Origin: an uncultured Thermoplasmata archaeon
Lineage (GTDB): Archaea; Thermoplasmatota; Thermoplasmata; Lutacidiplasmatales; UBA184
Direction of reading: 5' to 3'
DNA length: 64,000 nt
Assembly: GCA_963809035.1 (NCBI GenBank)
Contig: CAWEHV010000002.1
Location: 1,716,701-1,780,700, forward strand
The position numbers and the translations under genes are program-made. Position 1 is the first letter of the stretch. Each line of letters begins with the position of its first letter. A model generated the notes under the pieces. That model was not told where the DNA came from, ran no database searches, and saw only the letters and a list, made by a program, of their open reading frames with translations. Positions 49,010 to 57,910 of the stretch are shown one piece after another.

Positions 49010-49741
49010 ATGCAGAGCATCCACCACTCAACGCCAGAGACCCGAACGCCGACCGAAGCCACACACGGAGCCCCTCGCCTCCGCACCGTCACGGGCAACC
49101 GCTTCCCTTGCAAGTGCTCGTGCGGGTGCGGCCAGTCGATCCCGCGCGACCCGGAGATCCGCATCGTGGGGGACTTCGGCGCGCCACGCCCGTATCCAGC
49201 CTACCTGCGCGAGCACTCGCTCGACTACGGGAGCTATCGCGGTCGGTGGCAGTCGCGCCGGGAGACGCTGGCCGCGGTCCCAGGGTTCGTTCCCGCAACT
49301 GCCCATTTGGCCGATCCGGACGAGGAGAGGACCCGAAGCCCGCCATTCGGGGACGACCCTGCCCACACCGAGGCGGACGCGTCCCCGAGCCCCGAGGCAG
49401 GGCGTCCTTGGGCCTCCGGCCAGCTTGTTTTCAATGCGGGCCAATTCGAGTCTGCGCGGAGCGGGTTCGCCGACTACGCGATAGACGACGAGACGGCTGC
49501 CCAGCTCCGCACCCGCGTGAACCGGGTCATCCTCGAGGACCTCGAACAGAAGGTTCTGGCCCTGAGGGCCCTCCACGCGAAGCTCCGGGACCTGGAGGCG
49601 GGGCCCTCGTTCGGGGAAGTAGTGGCGCGTTCGCGGCCGGGCCGACCCAAACCCCGCGAGGTCGCATGTTCGAGATCCGCCTGCGCATCCTGGACCTGCG
49701 GGAGCGGGAGAGCGATCTCCCGTCCTTCATCGGGATCGTAG
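49010..49741 (+). CDS. Hypothetical protein with N-terminal 'HGAPRLRTVTGNRFPCKCSCGCG' module and coiled-coil region; may be fused by frameshift to the HicB-like ORF that follows
   Basis: Full-length paralog of 45466-45669. Ends in a frame overlapping 49666-49920. Confidence 0.35.
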   Translation: MQSIHHSTPETRTPTEATHGAPRLRTVTGNRFPCKCSCGCGQSIPRDPEIRIVGDFGAPRPYPAYLREHSLDYGSYRGRWQSRRETLAAVPGFVPATAHLADPDEERTRSPPFGDDPAHTEADASPSPEAGRPWASGQLVFNAGQFESARSGFADYAIDDETAAQLRTRVNRVILEDLEQKVLALRALHAKLRDLEAGPSFGEVVARSRPGRPKPREVACSRSACASWTCGSGRAISRPSSGS

Positions 49742-49920
49742 AGGGGTTTCCCCAGGTCCTGGTGCACGCGACGACAGTCGAGCAGGGGGAGAGGGACCTG
49801 ACGAACGCGCTGATCGAGCACCTGAGGCGGCTGCAGGATCACGAGACAACTCGGATCGACTGGGATGAGTTCCCGACGGTGCGAGTCGTTCGGTTGAGAC
49901 TAACCCCTCTCGCGGGATAG
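49666..49920 (+). CDS. HicB-like / UPF0150-fold small protein (84 aa)
   Basis: 'FEIRLRILD...SFIGIVEGFPQVLVHATTVEQGERDLTNALIEHL' follows the HicB N-domain pattern (beta-hairpin, 'PG/PQ' turn, 'T.GET/QGE..EAL'). Confidence 0.4.
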   Translation: MFEIRLRILDLRERESDLPSFIGIVEGFPQVLVHATTVEQGERDLTNALIEHLRRLQDHETTRIDWDEFPTVRVVRLRLTPLAG

Positions 49921-49936
49921 GCGTTCCCGCAAGGTG

Positions 49937-52900
49937 TTACTCCTCGCCTGCCCAATACTCGAGGAACCCTTCCACAAGGACCTCCTTCGTGGCGGCTCGG
50001 GACCCGGGAATTCCCGCCTCTTTCCACCTCTCCCTGAGTTGCGGGATGGTTTCTCCTGCGAGCTTCTGCTTCATGAGCGTTAACTCGACCGGCGAGCGCT
50101 TCGGACTGATAACAGCCCCTTCAGACCACTTCTTCTCAAATTCAGCGAGTTCTCGTTCGAGTGCTCCAACGTACTCGTTCTTGGAGGTATCCGTCCGTGC
50201 CTGAAGGCGAAACTCGTGTCTCATCCTGCCAAGGACCCGGCGAAAACCTTCCCTCGCCCACTCTTGGGTCCCCGACCTGACTTGGTAGTAGGATTTGGCG
50301 GAGAGATCGTCTTGGCAACACTCGACGAGGAATCCCCAACCTCTTTCCGAAAATTCAGCCTGAGCGGGGATAACGAAGGTAACATCTCTCATCCAGCCGA
50401 CGAGCGCGGGACGCAGCTTCTCTGAGAGGTGTTCAATGAAGGTTGGGTTTGAGACGAGGTGATGCATGAGTTGTAGCTTTGCCTCGGCGGCCCTCGAATC
50501 ATTTCCGGTGGCGTTTACTGCGCTAACCGCTTGCACGAACAACTCAATTCCCTCGCCCTCCGCGAGGATGAGACGAACTTTTTCTCGAACATCTCTCTCA
50601 TTTTCAGTTCTGAGTCGCTTCAGGCGGTCAGCATCGCCAAAGACTCCCGCCTCTTCGAGCAGAGCAATCGCGCGGTCTACGGTCCCTCGGTCGGGCTGTG
50701 CCCCCGACACGTACTGATAACCGAGAAATCGCCCTTCCACCCCTTTGACAAATGTCGGGTCGAGTTGGGCCTGATGTTCCTCTGCGAGCTGCCAAGCGCG
50801 GGAGAGGTCCTCAGCACGCTCGAGGCATTCGATCGCACCCTTGAAGTTCTGGTCTTCGAGTTCGAGGGAAGCCAAGCGTTGTAACGCCAGTTCTTTGCCC
50901 CTCGCGTCTCGCGTGCCAATGACACGAGCAAGGAGCTCCTTTGTTGCAGGTCTCTCCCCATCATGAAGACGCAGGGCAACAACGGCTGAGAGCATATTCG
51001 GGTCCCGAGCGTAAACAAGGGGGTCAAGCTGGTCGGTCCAGGTCTTCAACCGGCTCCATGCGTAGGATGATGTGTAATCCCGGCGGAGCGGCCCGACGGC
51101 CAGTTGGAGCCGTGGCATCGCTCCGCTCAAGCCCTTGATAGCGGGCGAGAAGTTACCGAGCCGGGCAGAATCTTCGGCCTGTGCAATCTCTACGTTCGGA
51201 GAGCCCATATCGGTCGACTTCAAGTAACTTTGAGCGGCCTCACTCCAGAGTTGACTCGCTCCAATAAGGGCTGCCTCGGCAAAGGCATCGGCTGCCCGAC
51301 GATACTGACTTGGAGCTTGATCCTGTCCCGCGCCGGAGTCCGCCAACGCCTTCCACTGCTTCCCTGCTTCTTCCCAGTTGGATGCTTTAGTAGCCCCCTC
51401 AGCTAGCACGGTGCGCGCTGCGACGTACTGTCGGCCGAGCAGCCGTTGCAGTCGGTTCCTTTCAATAACCCGCACAACGATGTCGTGTTTACCTTCCTTC
51501 AGCAGGAAGTCACACAGCTTGACCATCGGTGCCACATCGTCCCTGGCGGTTTTCCAGAGCACCGTCTCGTGCAACTCGACCAAATCATCGATGAGTCGGA
51601 GCTCCTGAAGGTGCTCGGATAATCGTCCCTTGGAGCCGTCGATCGTCGGAACGTCGGGGGACTGGATCAGGAATTTGAGATAGGCCGTGGCAGCGGCCTT
51701 TGCAGTGCGGCCCTCAGAGCACATTAAATCAGAGTAAAGCAACCATCCTTCATGTTCGAGAGAACGAGAACTAGACAGTGACAGGGTCCGGCGAACTTCG
51801 CTCCATTGTTCACCGTGAACATAGGCCTGGGCCGCCTTCATCCGGAAGACGCCGCCGAACTGGGACCAATTGTCCCCGGCCTGCTTCCAGGCGATTTGAG
51901 CGCGGGTGCCCTCACCCTTTCGATAAGCGGTGCCAGCCTCATCCTCCAGTTGTTCAGCCCTAACCTCGAGCAAGAGGTGTTGGGCCTCAAGATGGTGAGG
52001 TGCCCTATCCAAGCAGTCAAGCGCATACGCGAGCATTCGAGCATCCCGCTCCTCGCGATACAAGTCCAGATATTTTCTGGCATCCGCTACCCAGTTTCGA
52101 TCATCCTCGGCGGCAAGCGCAGGGTCGCCGCTGAGTCCCCGGATGTTGTCTCGATGAGTGCAATCGACCTCCTTCATCCTTGCCCATATCTTCTGGACGG
52201 CCTCCGCCTCGTCGAAAACGAAAAGATACTTTGTTGAACGAGTGACGGCGATGTAAAGCCTGTTCAGATGGTAAAGGACAGGCATCCGGGATCGCAATCC
52301 GTCCTCCGGTTCGGTGTCGCGGATCGTCTGCTCGGCGAATTCAGAGAAAATCGGCCGCGAGCCGATCTTGTAGAGGATCACGCGTTCAAATTCGAGGCCC
52401 TTGATATCAGAAATTGTGTGTAGACGGACGGAAGCGAGGACCTTGTCCAAGGAGAGGTCAACTTCGCGCCGTGCGACGAGTCTTGCGATTCGCGCCTCAC
52501 CATGAATCCCGTTGAGAACTTCCAACAGGTGACGGTCGCTCGAAAGGAACTTCAGTATGTCTTCCTCATCTTCGTCCCAGATGAGGAGCGCCGTCCCGGG
52601 TCGAGGATTACGTAGGAGTTGTATGAGGGCAACATCGTCTAGTTCGCCCGATACTTCGTAGCATTCGGGTTCGCGGCCCCAAGGCTCTCTCGCCCGCTGC
52701 TCGACGACGGCTTCCCGAGCATAGTGCCTTCGGCGTCTCTGTACCGCGTTTGCAAGATTCACTATCGGTTGCGGGGTCCTCTGATTGAGTTCGAGATCGG
52801 TCTGTCTCAGTGGGTCACCTTTGTAGAACAAAGCCTTGATATGAGTCCAGTTGAAACCAGTCGGGTTGATTGTCTGTTGGGGGTCGCCTGCGAGTGCCAC

Positions 52901-54253
52901 TCTGATTCCTTTGCTGGGGAGTTGCGACTCACCCTTGAGGAGATATTCTAGGACCCGAAACTCGACTCGGGTCAAGTCCTGGGCCTCATCCAGGTATATC
53001 TCATCGAAGATCGCGGGAGGGTGGTCCTTCACAGTATCCCAGGCTGCGAGCGCCAGATCAATATCGTCGTAGTATCCGTTGGACCGAAGCCACTCCGAGT
53101 ACCTTTCGTTCAACGAGATGACTTGTTCCAGATCCTCCCGGGTCAGGTCGCTGGTGAACTTCTTCGGGACGGAACTCTTTCGACCAGTCACGAAGAAGTC
53201 GTCGATTGTCAGCGGGGAGTCCTCCCTGAGTCCCTTCAGGAGGCTTCGGATGACATACCATGCAAACTCAGCGCTGACCCTCTTTGCTCGACCGTATTTT
53301 TTCTCGACTTGGAGGAATTCGCGATTGAACCTTCCGAACCCGACCCTATGCTCGGGCTTCTCGAAGGGCGCACGGCTATGCACATCTAAGAGTCCCCTTA
53401 GGACGTCAGGGAATGACTTGAACTCGCAGGTCCCGTCCTGCTCTGCCTTGGCTGTCTGTCTGTGCTTGTAAGTCAATGCAGCGTCGATGTTCTGACGAAG
53501 CAGATCAACGACCTTCTGGCTGTAGGCGGTGCAGAGCAACTTGGCCTGATAGCCCTCGCCTCGACAACTTGCGATGACCCACGCTGCCCGGACAGCGAGC
53601 ATGCTGGTCTTGCCAGTACCTGCTTGTCCGTTGATGAGGATCGGAGTGGGGGCATATATCGATTCAATCTGGCGAGGGCTCGGGATGATGTTTGCCGATG
53701 ACTCAAGCCACGCGATGGCGCTGTCCATCTCTTCCGGTGGAACGTTCAGTAGCTGTCGGTAGTCGGCTCCTGACCGCCCGGGTGGTGCATCGAGTCTCCG
53801 GCGATCCGGCTCGATGGGAATGATTACGTCCTTAATCTCAGCGGCCATGGGGGACCGCGCAAGGACCCTCTCTCGGAGTGCATGATCCTCGTCGTGAGAC
53901 GTTGTCAGATCGTCGACAAGTACGAGTGGAAGTTCAGCCTCCTCCTCGTCGCGGATTACCCTGAAGTAGCCGCGAATTTGCCTTTGATCCCCTCGAAACC
54001 TGTAAACTGTGTAACCATCCCTGTCCTTTCCGCAGTTGCGAATTCTGAGACTCGAATTGGGGTTTGCCGGTGGCCAGTTTTCTTGGAAGTAGAGATTGCG
54101 AAACGACTCCCAAAGGTGCTCGGCCCGCACTGGATCGCTCTTGCGCAGTTTTTCTATAGTCTTCTTCGCCCGCTTCGATAGGCAAATGACGAAATCGGCG
54201 CCGTTCGGCGCCTCTTTCCAATAGCGTTCCCACAGAGAGTTGCCGGGTCCCAC
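49937..54253 (-). CDS. 1438-aa UvrD/PcrA-like SF1 helicase (N-terminal ~700 aa) fused to a ~700-aa alpha-helical (TPR-like) C-terminal domain
   Basis: Walker A 'INGQAGTGKTSML', motif II 'IYLDEAQDLT', 'TISDIKGLEFERVIL' and 'LYIAVTRSTKYLFVF' (motifs V/VI). C-terminal half is helical repeats with no nuclease motif seen. Confidence 0.7.
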   Translation of the reverse strand: MGPGNSLWERYWKEAPNGADFVICLSKRAKKTIEKLRKSDPVRAEHLWESFRNLYFQENWPPANPNSSLRIRNCGKDRDGYTVYRFRGDQRQIRGYFRVIRDEEEAELPLVLVDDLTTSHDEDHALRERVLARSPMAAEIKDVIIPIEPDRRRLDAPPGRSGADYRQLLNVPPEEMDSAIAWLESSANIIPSPRQIESIYAPTPILINGQAGTGKTSMLAVRAAWVIASCRGEGYQAKLLCTAYSQKVVDLLRQNIDAALTYKHRQTAKAEQDGTCEFKSFPDVLRGLLDVHSRAPFEKPEHRVGFGRFNREFLQVEKKYGRAKRVSAEFAWYVIRSLLKGLREDSPLTIDDFFVTGRKSSVPKKFTSDLTREDLEQVISLNERYSEWLRSNGYYDDIDLALAAWDTVKDHPPAIFDEIYLDEAQDLTRVEFRVLEYLLKGESQLPSKGIRVALAGDPQQTINPTGFNWTHIKALFYKGDPLRQTDLELNQRTPQPIVNLANAVQRRRRHYAREAVVEQRAREPWGREPECYEVSGELDDVALIQLLRNPRPGTALLIWDEDEEDILKFLSSDRHLLEVLNGIHGEARIARLVARREVDLSLDKVLASVRLHTISDIKGLEFERVILYKIGSRPIFSEFAEQTIRDTEPEDGLRSRMPVLYHLNRLYIAVTRSTKYLFVFDEAEAVQKIWARMKEVDCTHRDNIRGLSGDPALAAEDDRNWVADARKYLDLYREERDARMLAYALDCLDRAPHHLEAQHLLLEVRAEQLEDEAGTAYRKGEGTRAQIAWKQAGDNWSQFGGVFRMKAAQAYVHGEQWSEVRRTLSLSSSRSLEHEGWLLYSDLMCSEGRTAKAAATAYLKFLIQSPDVPTIDGSKGRLSEHLQELRLIDDLVELHETVLWKTARDDVAPMVKLCDFLLKEGKHDIVVRVIERNRLQRLLGRQYVAARTVLAEGATKASNWEEAGKQWKALADSGAGQDQAPSQYRRAADAFAEAALIGASQLWSEAAQSYLKSTDMGSPNVEIAQAEDSARLGNFSPAIKGLSGAMPRLQLAVGPLRRDYTSSYAWSRLKTWTDQLDPLVYARDPNMLSAVVALRLHDGERPATKELLARVIGTRDARGKELALQRLASLELEDQNFKGAIECLERAEDLSRAWQLAEEHQAQLDPTFVKGVEGRFLGYQYVSGAQPDRGTVDRAIALLEEAGVFGDADRLKRLRTENERDVREKVRLILAEGEGIELFVQAVSAVNATGNDSRAAEAKLQLMHHLVSNPTFIEHLSEKLRPALVGWMRDVTFVIPAQAEFSERGWGFLVECCQDDLSAKSYYQVRSGTQEWAREGFRRVLGRMRHEFRLQARTDTSKNEYVGALERELAEFEKKWSEGAVISPKRSPVELTLMKQKLAGETIPQLRERWKEAGIPGSRAATKEVLVEGFLEYWAGEE

Positions 54254-54830
54254 GAACTCGCTTCAGGGGACATACCACTCTTAAACACGACCCTTCCGAC
54301 CCACCCTTTCGTCGGGGTTTGGCACACATTCGATGCATCTTCGAAGTTGACATCCCTTCCAACGGGTGGGATTTCCGACATGATCCGATGGTGGGCGGAG
54401 GTCAAGGAATCCCTAGCGCTCATCGCGGTCGGTCATCGTCACGCAATTGGGGGAAGGCAACCTTCACAAACGGGGTTGAAGTGACGCTACGCCTGTCGGC
54501 GTGACGTAGGCTCATGATTTCCCATCGTTTCGTCGTTGGGTCCTTCCAAAACGTGGTCCATAGGCCCCGACCGTGGGTTCTCACCGGGCGGGCGCCCCGG
54601 AGGCTGGCTCCAACTCCCGGTCGATCCCCCCGCCGCGGCCGAAAGACCCCCGTTCCGTCCCTTCCCCGGACCCCTTAATCACACCAGCCTCTGGTCCGCC
54701 GCTTCTTCCGAACAATCCCTCAATTAATTGAGGGATACCAATGGAGACTGCACCGGTATTACCCGCGCGCGAAGGGTACCGAGGGTGGGGAAGGGACCAG
54801 GGGGGTCCTCAACAGATGATACCCCCCCCT

Positions 54831-55015
54831 CTGTGTAATGTTTCATAGGACATTACACTTAGGGGGCATATCCTATGTTCTTACCCCCAAGTTTCCAAAC
54901 CCTTCCCCCTCTAAGTTTCCCTACGCGCGTGAATCCGGGTGAGGCTCCATGTAGGGGGCATGTCATACATGCCCCATGCGAAAGCCCGGGCAAACCAAGG
55001 TCTGGCTCACGCGAG
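54831..55015 (+). repeat. Left terminal inverted repeat, including a 9-bp-stem hairpin (GGGGCATGT/ACATGCCCC)
   Basis: Compared directly with the right end. The hairpin is kept by compensatory substitutions. Confidence 0.7.
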
Positions 55016-55182
55016 ATCAGGTTTCCCAACTCGCCGGTCGCCACGGGCTCCGCTTCTGCGTAGTGCGTCCGCGCAAGGCTGGAGCGGGCGAGGGATACGC
55101 GACGATCGTACGCACCTACGACACCAAGGGACAACCGATCCCGAGCGCTGAATCCACAGGACGCGGTCGGCCAGATGGCTAG
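54976..55182 (+). CDS. 68-aa protein encoded inside the left repeat arm ('MRKPGQTKVWLTR...VVRPRKAGAGEGYATIVRTY...')
   Basis: A homologous, frame-disrupted copy exists in the right arm on the opposite strand. Nucleotides diverge but residues are conserved. Confidence 0.35.
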   Translation: MRKPGQTKVWLTRDQVSQLAGRHGLRFCVVRPRKAGAGEGYATIVRTYDTKGQPIPSAESTGRGRPDG

Positions 55183-55963
55183 GGAAAATCGATCTGTACA
55201 GCTGAACCCGGCACCGAGCCCCCCGGTTTCGGTTGCTCAGAAGCCGAAGGCGCCCCCCACGAACTCCAAGACCTAAGAACAACCGGCCCAATGGCCCCCC
55301 GACTTCAAACTCGGGTGTAATCCGGTGATTCAAGTCCTTGGGGTTAGCCTCGTACCACGCGCCGCCTCAGAAGACTCGATACTCCGAGTCGTCAGTGTTC
55401 TCCGGCGACGTGGAGGCCGGTGCGACAAGGCCCGTCAAACCCGCGAGGACAATCTTGGCCTCGATGATCTGCGCGGACGGACTGGCCGTTAGGTCCCAGA
55501 GTCCTCCTGTGGGGAGATGGACCCGGATTCGGAAGGTGTGATGTTGGTTGAGAAGCAACCAGAACTGACTCGGTCGGATTAGTCCACCGCGGCGGGCCTG
55601 GAGAATCTCTCGACCCAAGCGAAGGGCCTCTCCGTAGTCACCGCGAGTGTCTAGAAAGAGGTCCGAGGCCATGCTGGGTTGACGTCCGGAGACACAATGA
55701 ACCTTCGTACCCGCGAACTCCCTGCGGCCATAGCATTCGTCGACCCAGACTCAGCGCACTCGTTGTCAGCAACGGGACCCAATCCGATAGGCACGTGAGA
55801 TCCACTCGGCATGGGGGGAGCAGGACGTAACCGGGCTCCCGGGGCCTGGGAAGACCTCGGAACGGCTCCACACCCGCCCCGGACCGATCGAGGGCCAGGG
55901 CGACCCGTTTCCGACGGCCAATCCGGGGCTACTTCGGGGGGATCGGGAAGACGGGAGCACCGC

Positions 55964-56149
55964 TCAGTCCCGGATCTTGCTCTCGACTTCCTCAGCGGAG
56001 ATTCTGGGTTGGCCTGCGCGGCGCTCCAGCAGCGCGACGAACTCGGGCGGGGGGTTCTCCAAGAAGAAGTCTTCGAACGCCGAGTCCCAGGTCTCCGCGG
56101 GGCTCAGCACGATTTTGGTCGTTGGGCCAGCCGCGCGTCGTCGCGTCAT
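55964..56149 (-). CDS. 61-aa hypothetical protein, downstream partner of the HicB-like gene
   Basis: 4-nt overlap (ATGA) with the HicB-like stop. Confidence 0.25.
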   Translation of the reverse strand: MTRRRAAGPTTKIVLSPAETWDSAFEDFFLENPPPEFVALLERRAGQPRISAEEVESKIRD

Positions 56150-56385
56150 GCCGGGTCAGGAGGTGGGCCACGTCGGAGCATCTCGGAGATCGCCTCGTCC
56201 AGGTCCTCCAGATAAGGGGCGGGATCCCCGTTCGATTCCAGGTAGAGAGAGATTGCGTCGGTCAGGTTGCGCCGGAGTTCAGGAAGCGAGTCCGCCTGAG
56301 TAATACAGCCCGGGAGTTCCTTCACTGACGCCCAGTACGCCTCGTCGTCGAACCCGCCGTCCAGATGGACTCGCGCCACGGTCAC
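56146..56385 (-). CDS. HicB-like (UPF0150) antitoxin-fold protein, N-domain only
   Basis: 'VHLDGGFDDEAYWASVKELPGCITQADSLPELRRNLTDAISLYLE' matches the HicB N-domain pattern. 4-nt overlaps with both flanking small ORFs. Confidence 0.55.
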   Translation of the reverse strand: MTVARVHLDGGFDDEAYWASVKELPGCITQADSLPELRRNLTDAISLYLESNGDPAPYLEDLDEAISEMLRRGPPPDPA

Positions 56386-56564
56386 TTGAGCAACTCGAAC
56401 AGGCGGGCGTGGTCCCGGGCCACCTTGGGAAGTTCCTCAATCGCCCGCCCGATCAAGTCGCTGTCCGGCTTGCCCGCCTCGCGCCGAAGCTGTTGCGTCC
56501 GCAGGAGAATCATCCGCGCGCCGGCCACCCCGGGGGGCTCGGGGTCTCCCTCTTCGGGCGCCAT
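56382..56564 (-). CDS. 60-aa hypothetical protein, upstream partner of the HicB-like gene (no HicA motifs recognised)
   Basis: Overlaps the HicB-like start by 4 nt. No 'GSHH'-type HicA signature. Confidence 0.25.
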   Translation of the reverse strand: MAPEEGDPEPPGVAGARMILLRTQQLRREAGKPDSDLIGRAIEELPKVARDHARLFELLK

Positions 56565-57034
56565 TTCGATAACGGAAATGCAGGCGTGTTAGATAACTTC
56601 TGTCTTCGAACGTACCGAGCCGAATACGCCCACAGGCCCGAACCCCACTCGGTTCGGCTGTTACGCCTCCACAAGCTCTTTCGATTTCACCCCTGTCTTT
56701 CGGCCCTGGTAGATCCGGACTTGTCGAGCGCGTGCCTTCGCCGCCCATACTCCTGACTCTTGGTTTCAGGTGGGGCTTTGCACTGCAAGTACGCGACATG
56801 GGTCCATTCCTCCTCGTCCCCCTGATGGCGGAAGATCCCGAGCTTGCCATTGAACAAGAGGAACCGGAAGGACTCGTCCTCGGTCACCTCCATGCTGCGA
56901 TTGTCCCTTGGATTAGCGTGCCGTCGTCGCGGTAGGTGCGTACGAATGTACCGAATCCTTCCCCGGCACCGGCGCCCTTCGGCCGCACCACGCGCTACCG
57001 GAAGTAGTAACGCGAGACGGCGAGATGGACCTCG

Positions 57035-57219
57035 CTCCGCGTGAGCCAGACCTTGGTTTGCCCGGGCTTTCGCATGGGGATGAATAATCATCCCCCTACA
57101 TAGAGCCTCACCCGGATTCACGCGCGTAGGGAAACTTAGAGGGGGAAGGGTTTGGAAACTTGGGGGTAAGAACATAGGATACTCCCCCTAAGTGTAATGT
57201 CCTATGAGAGATTACACAG
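57035..57219 (-). repeat. Right terminal inverted repeat, including an 8-bp-stem hairpin (GGGGATGA/TCATCCCC)
   Basis: Reverse complement aligns to 54831-55015. Confidence 0.7.
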
Positions 57220-57910
57220 GCAGTAATCCCCTGATTTGGACCGTAGACCCGGGCCCAGCTCACCCCTCTTGTCAGCCGTGGATATCCCAGCCCTTCGGAA
57301 TCACGTGTTACCTACTACCCCCTCGCTCGAGAAGGCGTGAGCAAGCCAAGGTACGGATGGGTGGAGGCCCCGGCAACTACCCCAGGTTGGGTTTTGGTGG
57401 TAGGTCGGGGTGCTCCGACCGGTGCTGAATGGGGCGGGGTCAGCGGCACCGTTATGGTGGCTAAACTTCCAGAGGTCCGTCGATCGACCGCTGAGTGGAT
57501 GCCTTGAATCCTGCGACAAAGGTAAGTTCGGCCCTAGAGGGCAGCCACGCCCAACGCCGAAACTCGTCCCAGAACGAGCAGGAGGGCCCTTCCCCGCCCT
57601 CCAACACACATTGTCGAGGTGTCGGGTCTCGGGACACCGCGTCAGAGCCAGTGGGCCCCTGTAGAGGGCATTGCGGTGAGTTGGATTCCCAACCGACCCA
57701 CGAGGTGGATGCGGTGTCTGTTCCTTCAACATCAAAGCGTTGGGCTTGACCGCGTCTACTCCAAGTCTCGTTCTAAGGTGCATTGCGCCTACCTTCGATT
57801 CGACGCATTCGAGCAGCGGAAGCTTCGGTAGTACTGAGTGTGCCTGTTATTGCCGGCGTGAAATGAGAGTATTGCTTTGAAAGGGAGTCCCAAAAGGGTT
57901 TGGCGCACGG

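Larger units (their letters stand above)
54831..57219. mobile_element. ~2.4-kb element bounded by ~190-bp near-perfect terminal inverted repeats (CTGTGTAAT…), carrying a HicB-like module; no transposase
   Basis: 54831-55015 is the reverse complement of 57035-57219 with few mismatches. The repeats then continue as diverged but protein-level-similar small ORFs. Interior holds three overlapping small minus-strand ORFs. Confidence 0.7.

Noticed and set aside
54875-55063. ORF 'MFLPPSFQTLPPLSFPTRVNPGEA...' present identically on both strands at the two element ends
   Set aside because: Identity is a consequence of the terminal inverted repeat. The frame conserved at the protein level across the diverged inner part of the arms is the MRKPGQTKVW... 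frame, so this ORF is probably not the coding one.
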